A DNA stretch of 53,176 bases, counting the filler, from Sphacelaria rigidula (taxonomy: Eukaryota): NCBI GenBank assembly GCA_964200075.2. It is 3 parts of 3 records of this genome, joined end to end, with 100 filler letters (N's around TTAATTAATTAA, not from the genome) between each part and the next. Parts side by side here need not be neighbours in the genome. Positions count along the whole stretch, not along the records: positions 35,522 to 53,176 come from CAXNAA020001020.1; 2 more parts are not named here. One strand, 5' to 3'. Shown here piece by piece: positions 35,522-46,739 of the stretch. Numbering within the stretch: position 1 is the stretch's first letter; each line of letters opens with the position of its first letter. The position numbers were made by a program, and so were the translations under genes. The notes under the pieces were generated by a model, which worked only from the letters and a program-made list of their open reading frames with translations, had not been told where the DNA came from and searched no databases.

Positions 35522-35776
35522 TTCTGAGAAAGTTCATGGTCTGGGGCAGGTGAGCAGTGGACCCAGCTCGTCCAGAACGTGTTTTGGTCCAAAATCGGCT
35601 GAAAGGCGTCGATTTGAGCTCTGGCAACGCACACTTTGCCTAGGGAACACTCTGCACCCCTTTGCCCGAGGGTTCTCGGTATGCCTTGGTCGGGGTTACG
35701 GTTAGGGTTAGCGTTAGGGTTGGCGGCATCTCCATAGTACCAACCATTGTTTACGTACAAATCCTCAGGTCGCCTC
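35522..35776. mobile_element. MITE family C, partial (cut by gap), with internal GGGTTA repeats
   Basis: Near-identical to 39422-39678. Confidence 0.85.
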
Positions 35777-35820
35777 GACCATTCTGGTCTTCCCTCGGTT
35801 TGGGCTTCTAGATATACATG

Positions 35821-37926
35821 CTATTGGCCGAAAGGCCCGAAGGGTTTTCCGTTCCCCCGGCACATACCACACCAGCTCCATCGTCGCGTGTAGGGCGCAC
35901 ACCAGGCCACACGCCGAGAACGGATGGTGTGGCAACGGTGTTCTCTTGGAGTCAGCACAGCAGCATATATTATGCACAAATAACGAGTGTTGAGCACAAC
36001 TTGACACAGACAGCGAGTAGCTCGAACAACATTAAACAAACGCGACGTGCATACGGCTTGCACGAAAGTTCAGAGCACGGGAGGGTAGCAAGCATGTGAT
36101 ACAGCAGTAGACGTTTTTTTACTCACCTCCCACAGATGTGGGGAACTCAAGGGGAATTGCATGATTTTTGCGAGAAGCGCGAACATGGCCGAGCGATCAA
36201 AAATTGGCACTCGGCAAGAATTGAGGATCCGTCTACAATGAGGGGAAGAACTATGATATTGGACATTTGCTGTTTCACCGTGCTGCAGCACAAACATACT
36301 CACGCTCTCTCTCGTGTGCTGTAGCTATCACTGTGGTGTGGTGTGGTATGGTTAGACCTTCACGAACACGGTTTGGTGTCCGCTGGGATTGCGTCAGTAG
36401 CCTTGCTGTACAGTGTCTGGAGGGCACCACGTGTTGACAGCATGACTTTTCGAGGAGACGAACGCCACGACAATAACAAAACAACTCACGCAGCCAGTCC
36501 CAGCGGAGGCCGAACCGTCTTCGATAAAAAACTGGAGACGCCACAGCGCAGCGACAGCTACAGCACAAGAGACAGCGCATGAGTGTGTTTGTGCTGCAGC
36601 ATAGTGATATAGGACATGTCTCGTGCGTTTTCCCCCTGATTTCGGATGAGCTCGACGTTGCCCGAATGACGGTTTTCAAACGCTGGGCCATAATTGCGCG
36701 ATCATCGCCAAGCGTTCAAAAATTGGCACTCGGCGAAAAAATGAGGACCCGTTTGAAATGGGGGGAAGAACTACTACACGGGATATCAAGGCAGACAGCT
36801 CCTGTCACCACACGCTTGGGATAGAGCATATCCGTGCTGGCTGAGTTTGTCCGCCCCGACGTGCACGCGCCCGCCTTGCGTATCTTCTCCGATCCAAGCA
36901 CCCGACTATAGCTGAATACGGACGGAGACGCAACAGACAGCTGCACAGTCGTCCGTCACGTGATCGTTTCAGCCTTTCACCTTTGTGTACAGACAGTAAA
37001 GTAGCTAGTGTACAGCACTTTGATCTCACTCCGATTTTGTGCTTACCGAACACCGCATGCAGCACTACAACTGTTCAGGCACTCTCCAGGGCACATCGCA
37101 CCATGTTCGTGGTAGAGTGTTCGAATGCGCAACAGCACAGCAACAACTACAGCATAGAAATGATGGGTGTGCGAATCGCCTTGTTCGTTTCATGGGAGAC
37201 GAAACAGCCAACACACAACAGACAGTTGTGTGTAGATAGCACTGCGTACCCAAAATCATAGTTTTCCTCGCTTTCTGTAAAATAACCAAGGCAGTCACAA
37301 CTGTTGTCTGTTACCTAGGGTTTACCTGGATGCTCCGCAAACATAGAGAAAATACTACAGGAGGGAACCCTCACGACTTTACGCACCCATCCGCACTCAA
37401 AGTGCGGACAAAGTGAGTATCGATTGTATATCCGCGCTGGACTCGGCAGCAAGAAACAGTGAGCGTGCATCGCTCTGCACTCAACACAGTCTACTGCACG
37501 CTACTGGTGTCTCTACTAGGTGTTCCACATCAACACTACAGTGTAGTGAAGCTATGTTGGCAACACAAGAGGGGTCAGGCAGGCGGTAAAGACAGGCCAC
37601 GAGTAAAACGTACGTCGTTTGTGCCCACGTGATTCATGATTCGTGATCAAAATGATTGCCCTGGCCTGCAACAACTTCTGTGTAAACCGGGTACACGTCA
37701 CATCAATCGCTGTCTGTCACGTTGTGCTCAAAATAGTATTTCTTTGTGCATATGTTGTTGTGCTGACCTCAAAAGAACACCCCAACCACACCATCACCCG
37801 TTGATTCGCCATGTTCTGGGCGTGTGCTCTGGTGCTTGCGCGAGCAGCGAGGTGGCTGGTGGCTGGTGTGGTGTGTGTTGTCGCGAGGACGGTTACGCGT
37901 TACACATCACGCCTGTTGGCCGATAG
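35821..37926. mobile_element. ~2.1-kb non-coding foldback-like element with ~200-bp degenerate TIRs
   Basis: 35821-36012 aligns with the reverse complement of 37711-37926; internal inverted repeat 36270-36340/36541-36612; direct repeat 36191-36253/36711-36773. Confidence 0.7.
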
Positions 37927-39350
37927 AGTCTCCTATTAAAAGTCCAAACCGAGCGGAATGCAACCATCGGGCTTTGGACTGACTTTGGACTTCGGGGGAA
38001 TTACAAAGTCCAAGTCCTGACCCGAATTTGATCTTCGCAAACACCGTACTGAGTGATACGAACAAGACATGAAATAACGAAAGGTTGAATGTACCAGAGG
38101 ACATGGCATTTTGAGACGCTGGACGAAGTGAAGGTGATCACGATCACATTTGTTACGAATCAGACGTAGGAATCATATTCAAATTGATGTGAACAGAGCT
38201 GATGGACAAGACAGATAAACCTGCAGAGTTTTTGCGGACAAATTTAAATATATCCGTAGATAGATCGCGCGCTTTAGACACTTCGTAAACATTTCCATTT
38301 GACCATTGTCGGTGGTGGTGGAATACTACCGTTGATGATTCTGATATGATCGTGTTTTTGTAAAGAACGTTTTAGACGTGAACACGAGACAGCAGTGACT
38401 TGCTGTGTAAGATGGTAGGTTTTGCTGCTCGAGACTGGGTGTATTTAATTTGTTTTACACCCTGGAATTATGCGGAGAGCATCGTGGGACTTGCAAAATT
38501 TATATGGCTCTTGATTCTTGTGGGTAACCAGTGGATATTTCTTGGGCAACAGTGATGTGAGGTGTGACTAACGGTATTTTTGAATCTTGAAGTTGGTCGA
38601 CGTGAGTCACCTGTGGATGTGGGTAGGCGTGCCGGAAGACAGTATGACCAACGATACTTTTTAAACCTTAAGTTGGTTGTAGGTGTCGATGAGTTTGGGC
38701 GGGAAATGGTGCGGAGAGATTCCCGATCGGAAATTCGTGCGCAGGCGAACCCACCCGTGTGATGACGGTATTGTGCATTGTGGATCCGGGAACAGTATTG
38801 CAGTAGTGGACGGTCTAACTATTCAGGGGTGTCATGGGGTTTTACTCGCGCTCTACTCTCCGATATGAGTCGAAATTTCTAGTGCCGGTAGATTTTGGTA
38901 CAAGAGATAGATCACCCTGGAAACACAGCGCTGAAGTCAGCGTTAGTTGGTGTTATCGGGCGATACGAGGAAATACGCCGTTTATAAGGAGGGTGTTATT
39001 TACCGTGAAAACACAGTTTTTGGACTCTAGTGCCATGGGTAGGTAAAATTTAACAAAAAAATAGTGTTCATTTCGACACAAATATGATCGGAACAGGCTC
39101 GATCGACCTGAAATACCGAAGGCTAAGAATCTGGGCTGAAACGTGGCAGGACCCCGATGACCGGTCAGCCCGTAAGTCACGCAATGTATTGAGTACTGAT
39201 GATTTTTTTCTCGGAATGTGGAGCGGATACAAACATCTTCAGACCCCGGATGTGATGAGCGGTCGCAAATGAAAAGAGCCCAAGGAAATCGCCAACTACG
39301 CGAAAAATCACAAAATGCCGCAAAATATATATTTTGACCGCCCACTACTG

Positions 39351-39678
39351 CAGTAGAGCTGAGGATTTGTACGTAAACAATGGTAGGTACTCGATTTTAC
39401 TTGATTTCAGACTGAACAAAGTTCTGAGAAAATTAATGGTCTGGGGCAGGTGAGCAGGGGTGAGCAGTAGACCCAGCTCGTCCAAAACGTGTTTTGGTCC
39501 AAAATCGGTTGAAAGGCGTCGATTTGAGCTCTGGCAACGCGCACTTTGCCTAGGGAACATTGCACCCCCTCGCCCGAGTGTTCTCGGTATGCCTTGGTCG
39601 GGGTTAGGGTTAGCGTTAGGGTTGGCGGCATCTCCGTAGTACCAACCATTGTTTTCGTACAAATCCTCAGGTCGCCTC
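39351..39678. mobile_element. MITE family C, complete
   Basis: Subterminal IR ctgaggatttgtacgtaaacaatggt (from 39359) / accattgttttcgtacaaatcctcag (to 39670); cactactg duplicated at 39343-39350 and 39679-39686. Confidence 0.85.
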
Positions 39679-40309
39679 CACTACTGTATATCAGTTAGCG
39701 ATTAATCCTCAGTAGTGGATGTTGTATTTTTATTTTCTTGACCTTTGCATGCAGCATACTTTGTACTCGCCATCATGTATGACAGTTTGTATCCACCTTC
39801 ACCTTTCACTTGATCTGCTCCGGAATTAGTACGGGTATACAACCCTACGCACTGTGAACATCAAGTCAAATATTTCCCTACTGATGCTGATTTCATTGGA
39901 ATTATCCAAGAAAAAAAATGCACGCATACGCACACACATTGGCGAGACTGGGGTGACCCTCGTGAGTGAGCCTTATGCCACCACCTATCACAACGATATT
40001 CCATCCCACAACCTACCCCAAAAAATAATCGAATGCGGTACAACATACAATAAACTCCAGCTAGAACCCATGCTGATGAAACGGATTGCTTGATCCGTGG
40101 TAGTAAGGCCCGAATATTCTTCACTTTCCGTGTGCAACTGGTCGACATTCGGTACACGCCTTGCATCTCGTATCGCGGAGTGGATCAGCGCTTCCGCACC
40201 GTGTCAAATTTCGTCAGACAAAAATCAGTCGAGCATGATATTTTTGCTACTCATCTCCTCACTTCAATGACGAACATGAAAAACTTGAAGGGGAAAACTC
40301 GAACTGTAC

Positions 40310-40378
40310 CCATTCGGCGGGAATCGAACCCACATTTCCCCCTACCTAATAGTTGCACCATCAGACCAACGCGCTGCA
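40310..40378 (-). mobile_element. tRNA-like Pol III head (SINE head or tRNA pseudogene)
   Basis: Minus strand has A-box-like tggtctgatgg and B-box ggttcgattcc; I could not fold a clean cloverleaf. Confidence 0.5.
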
Positions 40379-43271
40379 ACGGCACTACTGCTGCTTTACC
40401 ACTGTGAGACGGCAATGCTGCCGACCCCGTTTATGCTGTAGTGTACTGCACGGTAAGTTCCCTACTGTTGGGGGGAGGGTGCGCGGTGAATCCTTGTTCG
40501 ACGACTTGATTCAGTGGTGAAAATCTACATGTGCCCTAGATATTTAGTCACACATTGTGAAGCATAACTTCTGTTCTGTTTCGACATGGGCAAAAATTCA
40601 AACTGGGGTATACCCACGTCGTTTACAGCCAGAAGGGGGTACAACGAGGAAAGCAAACCCGCGCGATATTCCCGCGCATGCCCCCACCTGCCTCAAATTC
40701 AAATTTTGCGTGCTGGTATTGCGTCCACAGCCATGCAGAGCACGGACACCGACTTTTTGTTTGAAATTCGATCACGTTTTGGAGGTTCGCAATGCTGCGG
40801 CCCTGGAGGAGGCTATCAACGAATACCCCCTTTTGTCAACAACTTGGAGGTATGCCCCCGCATCTCCACTAAGTTTATGCCATACACATGTTATCAATCA
40901 GCTGCCCCCATTGTGACGGAAGATGTGACCCCGTTTGACAACTCCAAAACGCCTCGAAAAGTGGGTTGAAGTGTCACTTTTGAACAGCCCAAGCATCAGC
41001 CGCGTTACTTTCGAACCACCAGACCAACCATGGAGACCGCACTCGGTATAACCCATGTCACAACGATTTGAAACACGCACCGAAACCAAAGATCCAAGCG
41101 AGGCATAGCTGGCGTGTAAAGATGCGTTTACACTTGCCGCACAACCAAAAGATCCAAAGAGGGGAGCACGGCGGTTGAAGCTTTCAAACGCGTGGCACCA
41201 CCGGAGATCCAAACGTGGCACCACTTGTGCATAGACATGGGGCAGTTTTGGCGGAAGTGGGGGTATACACTTTGCTGCTACGGTGACATGAAACGGCCAG
41301 GGAGGAGACGGCCGTACCAACTGCTATGCTGCACCCTGTCGAGGCAACTTGTGATGCATAAGAACTCCTCTGGTGGGAGTGCTCCCGCACCCGCGTCGAT
41401 CAGGGTGAACGAAGCGCATTGTTGAAGACGGCACATTCGCTCCGGCCCACGACCTCAGAACAGTTTTGAACGCCTCATGACCCCCGGGGATGGTTATTAT
41501 ACTTTCACGTCCTCGTGGTATCAGATAGTTGTACTGTTGGTTGGCAACTCTTTTTTTCGCTATACTTTCAAACCCCTACCTTCTGACGTGACAAGTCCGT
41601 GGTCTGATGGTTAAATGGTCTCAAGGGATCAACCCATCTCTCCCGCGGTACACAACTTCGTTTGAGTATCGCGAACTGGGTCAGCACCCGGATTGGATCA
41701 GCACTACCAGACCAAGTCCATTCTCGCTTCTTTTTTTGCAGTTGACCTGGCGATGCCGCTCGTGTCGACATGTGGGTGTTCACAACGAAAAATCGAACAA
41801 CAGACGTCGTTCAACACTCACCCAACATCGTTTCGGTATGCTGTTACGAGCTGATAAGTCACACCACGCCCGACCCCCGGATCACAAACCTCGACTTCAA
41901 TCCATACGCCGTTATTGGAACTTGAACGCAGGTGCACCTGCCCTCGTACTTTGCTGCTTCTACCACACTGAAGCGTCCAACCTGACTCGCCGAAAACGGG
42001 CAATCATGCAAGACAACATGTTCTGAAATGGCTTCTAGAGACTTCAACCGCCAGAAACATTTGTGAAAGTTCCACCCTACGCTTCACAAAAAGAACGAAA
42101 CACAGAATCGAAGCGTTTTTGCTCGTCTTGTCCTCACGTCTGAGACTTCGGAACTCGGATACATTCCAGGGAGAAGAAACTGAATTGACGCTGCCCGGAT
42201 TGGAGCCCGCATTGTTCCCACTTCACTCGCTTCAGTTGCACCAATTTGACCACTGGGACGCGCCGGGAAGGCAACTAAAATCACTCTTGGAACCGAGCTT
42301 AGGTCTCGCTGCGCTTGTTGCTGCTGCTCGGGAGTGCCGGAAAAATCCTTATTTCTGTGAAAACCACATTTCATCCACATATCAAAAACTGATGTCGCAA
42401 CACGCACGCACGAGCGATCGAGAGACAGACCACTGTGTCACGGCGAAGACCATTCCGACGGTGAGATGAAACAAATGATGCCGAAAATGGTTCGACTTTT
42501 TGCCTCTATTTTTCGGATCCCGTGGTCCTCGACGACAGGCCTACCTTACCCATGGAAGAGCATTCCAATTTCACAAAGTGAAGATTGTTTCTGCTGCGGG
42601 TTAAATTTCGACTAACCGTTTTTTTTTGCGACAGGGTTTCTGCGACTTGATTCTTGCGATATTCTTTTTGCTAGATTTTTGCACTCTAAAACCCCTGTGG
42701 ATCTGGGTTTTGGGGGGATCATTTTTTCAAACAGAAACCAAACGCATCATGCTCCAAGGTGCACCTGGACACGCAACAGTTGCTGCTGCCAACCTAGTAT
42801 CATCCTCCAGATCGAAGTCTTGAGTGAGAAGCCCAGCGTTCGGTGCCCATGTGCAAGGATGATCTACATGTACCATCATGCTCCAAAACGTACCCGACAA
42901 GGGGGCAACACCCTCGTACAGACAGTAGCAATGCTAGCGGATCCTACGTTCTGCCAGTTTGGCAGCTGGCAAGGTAGTTATGGTAGTGTCCTAGCGATAT
43001 CAACTTACAGTGCACTGTTTCAGAGTTTGCAGGTGAATATTCATATTTCGGCGATTGCCTCACGTGCAGTTCGCCCAGATGTTGCGGAGTTTGTCCACGA
43101 TATTACTGAGTAACATGACATTTACATGTAGAAATGGACCAGACCCTCCTTCACAATACTAGTAAAGATGTACCAGACCCTACATTACGTATGGAAATAT
43201 ACCCAACCGTGGACAAAAGATTTCTACAGTCAGTACGAACACGTTGTTGAAAGTGTACTGCGCAAAGTCAG

Positions 43272-43345
43272 TGTCTCGTGTATGGTTTCGTCCCATCTAT
43301 TCTGGACACCGGTCTCCACCTTTCGGTATAGGTGGGCGCACCATC
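43272..43345 (-). mobile_element. 5'-truncated SINE copy
   Basis: tcgtcccatctattctggacaccggtct..ctttcggtata.gtgggcgcacca as at 881-936. Confidence 0.75.
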
Positions 43346-44468
43346 CGCGGATGTGTTACCATACAGCTTCGCCCAAGGTACAGGCAGCCATTACAGCGGT
43401 GCAGGCGGCCTTTCACTCCTGCTTGCGCCATCTGGGGCAAACGCATGCTGTAGCTGCAACGCGGACAACTTTACAAACTGTGACGTACTCGTAGCGATAT
43501 ACTGTGGCGGGTAGCGAGGGGTGATATCCTGCGAACTCGTTGGCCGCCATACAAGCGGCTGCATTCATGATGTGGCAAACAAGTGCATAGGACAACGCGA
43601 AATCAGTGCAGGACAGGGATAGGCTAAGGATGTCACGTCCTGCGATATGCTTTGTCATCCTGCACCCTGCCGCTGTGCAGTGAGCAGGTAGTACCGCCGC
43701 AGACGTCACTCTGCGGTTGGTACCCAGAGTCGGCTCTAGACCCATAGGGTAACCTCTGCATTGGATTAAATAACCGCGCGTCATTTTCGAGCAGCACGCG
43801 CGCTAGCGCGTGCGCGATTTTCCTTGTTGCCGACATCGTGCTAGCGCGATTGTGCACTACAGCGTTGTACTCCCCTGTGGCAGCCCGTCACGGTATTGCT
43901 CCTTATGTTTCATCACGCTTTATTCGAGAACACGCAGAAGAGATGCCAGCGCGTCCATTGTTGTTGCACTTGGAGGTGTGGTGGACCAGTTTTTTTCGAT
44001 CTTGTACTGTCGCATGCTCCGTGCTGTACCAAATAGTATATCGTAACAGTTCCAAAGCGGATATGCATGATATAAACGCCACCGACATGTTCTGGTTATC
44101 ATGACCAGTGTACGAGGCGCGGGAAGCGTAGTTTTTATTAAGGGATGCAGGGACGCAACCATACTCCAGTACAGTCAGTTTTTATTTTTAGCATGAAACA
44201 CGTGATTCGAACGAGACACAAGACAAATCATTTATATTATAATACGTGGGCGTTTTGGTACTGAAACAAACCCACCGGTCCCTCCACTACCTACCGTAAG
44301 GAGATATATACCTCGTGTAAATATAAAGTAAGTTATGGGCAGACTTTCATTTGAGAGTACAAGGGCCCAGCCGAGACCACTCCGGGTTCACCGCCGAAAT
44401 CTGAGAGGGCAGCGTCGCCAATACCGCAATAAATTAAAATTGGAAGCGCCCTGGACACAGGGCAATCT

Positions 44469-45098
44469 ATGGTAAGATGAAGCGAGGGGCGCAGGTTTTT
44501 TTTCCAATCTTTGGAGATGGTTGTCCAGGATGTGAAATTGTTACACGTCAGAACACCGCACCGGGTCTATTTTCTCAATCCGATTGACATGACTCGCGCG
44601 GTGAAGCTGCAGGAACTCCTTCATACTGACCAAAAGGCAAAATCCATCCTGGAATTTGCGTTGCCAGGCCCCACACCAAGAGTTGACGGATTTCTGTGGC
44701 TTGGGCGGGATAGTATTTGGATCGACGAACAAGACGCTGCATTCTTCCCCACAAGCGAGGGCTCCAACGTTCGTTGGGGTGTATGGTTTCAAGTAATGCG
44801 TCGTATACGACAAAACTGCGCAAACGCCGAAAAAGTTGTTCCCGATCTAGACCCGTCCTGAAGAACACATCCCTTTATCTGATATTCACCAGCACTTCGC
44901 CACTGGTACAATAACTTCCTAAACTGAATCATTTCACTGCCTGTATGTGAGTTAGTCGAAAAAATGGACCCAAATACTAAATTGTACGCCACAATTCCGA
45001 TCCCCCACGAGTGTGCGAGACTCGAGCTTGTTGTCGACCGTGATATTGGCAGATGACCACCGACTTTGTTGTGTTTGTCCCTTTTTTGTAAATCTTAA
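44469..45098 (+). pseudogene. Decayed intronless ORF, weakly BRO-N-like
   Basis: One frame from ATG 44469 to TAA 45096, interrupted only by TGA codons; 126 open codons at 44481-44858. Confidence 0.3.
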
Positions 45099-46739
45099 CC
45101 CCCTCTTTTCCCCCCCCCTTTTTCCTCCCGTGCTCTGATAAAACCGTGCAGCTTATATCCCATACAAGCATCAGGAATTTGAGTCGGGGGGACATAAAGT
45201 TACCTAATGGTGATTTCGGACCACAGGTGAGCAGAACATTCACTTATAAGTACGATCACGTTTCTTTTCACTCTTTTTACGATCCATGCTGATTCGCCGA
45301 GTCGGTGGTCGCTAGAGGAAAGTCATGAGCTTGGTTAAGCGGAGGTGGTGATACTCCATGGTTAGCTTGCAATGCTGCACGAGTCAACCGCTGATGATTT
45401 GTGGTATACTTTTGCTTGGATCTCTTGTCAATTTGATGTGTTTGGCTGCAAAGAACCAATTCTTCAAGTCGCTGTGTTGAGTTTCAGCAAAGCACCAGGC
45501 ACGAGAAGGGCAAAAAATGGCCGAAACGATTTCACGTGTGCGAAGCGCCCGGAGTACAGAGTTGGAATGACGACGACACCACCCACACCCGAGGCGATTA
45601 TGCCGAGCAAGAAGAACATGAACGAGTTGCTCGAACGACAGACCCCCTCGGGGAGTGCAACAGCAGGTGAAACGTACTGGTCATGTGCAAGATGATCTCA
45701 GTACTGTGAAGGGAAACATTTGGGATGGCGCGAGGCTAGCCTTTTTAGTGTGCATGACATATCGTGTTCGTAGTTTATACAATGGCGAGAACCTACTTAC
45801 CAACGTATCTCCCATCGCCGTAGTATGTGAGGCACGGCAATCAATCAAGCACATCGACCTCTGGAGATCCGGTGACTCGAAATAGTACTCACGAAGAGAC
45901 TGCCCCCCCCTGCGCATACACTTCCTTGTCATACCTCACAACTCAGCAGGTGAAAACGGGTGTAACGGGCAGTCTTGCCGCATCTCACAGCTCATGGAAT
46001 TGAAAAGGGGTAAAGCGAACAGGCAGTCTAACCCACATCCAACGATGCATGAAATGGAGGAGGGGTGTACAGGAGGCAGTAGCAAATCTGACCGTAGCCA
46101 AAAGCTCATATGATTGAGAGAGAGACTGTAATAAACAGTCGGGTAGCACCCAACAAATCGAAAACTCGTCAAGTGGTGTAGAAGACATACTCAAGCATGA
46201 ATATAACGAGCACAGAAACAAAAAGCGCCGACCCTCTGGTGAATAGGATCGGAAAGAAACGCGGTTTTTCTTGTCCAACAGTACAAGAACCCCTCCGGAA
46301 CGGTCACCTAAAAAGCCCCACGTTGGGACAGTGGGAGTACAGACCAGGGTCGCAGAAGCTGAACGGGAGCAACACAGGTCGAAAAAGGAGTGATTTGTAA
46401 ACATAATTAGCCTCCGCACTTGAAATTAGTTCCTGATCGGCCTTTGGAAAACAGCCATCAAAAAGCGATATAGCAAACACCGATCCCAATCATCGCGTAT
46501 GAAGCACAACTTGTGGAGACTCAAATTATGTTATATGTTGCGCTGTACGCCAACGAACCGTTGACGTAACATGCCGCGTCGACACATGTCCAATCCACCG
46601 CCGGAGTAAACAACAATGCTGAGGGCTGTGGCCGTTGATTCCAGATCGCACCTGCCCATAATCACTCCAAAGTTCAGTGGGTCATATCCTGGTTTGGATG
46701 TAGAACCTGGATATTTAGACCTGGATCTTTACATCCGAA

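Noticed and set aside
37926..38288. Second + frame with only TGA stops that reads plausibly with Trp
   Set aside because: About 120 codons without TAA/TAG is unremarkable by chance, and there is no recognisable motif.
40310..40378. Functional tRNA gene (also 1150-1223)
   Set aside because: A/B boxes are present but acceptor and anticodon stems do not pair properly; treated as SINE heads.
41160..41300. Retrotransposon gag-like AVEAFKRVAPPEIQTWHHLC
   Set aside because: A single weak motif with no LTR or pol linkage that I can show.
42100..42470. BTB-like ETELTLPGLEPALF fragment or possible exon
   Set aside because: Too short, needs a frameshift, and no partner exons were found.
45324..45372. 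SECIS element that could explain the TGA codons at 44478-45054
   Set aside because: ATGA and AA are present but the 3' GA of the quartet and a proper stem are missing.
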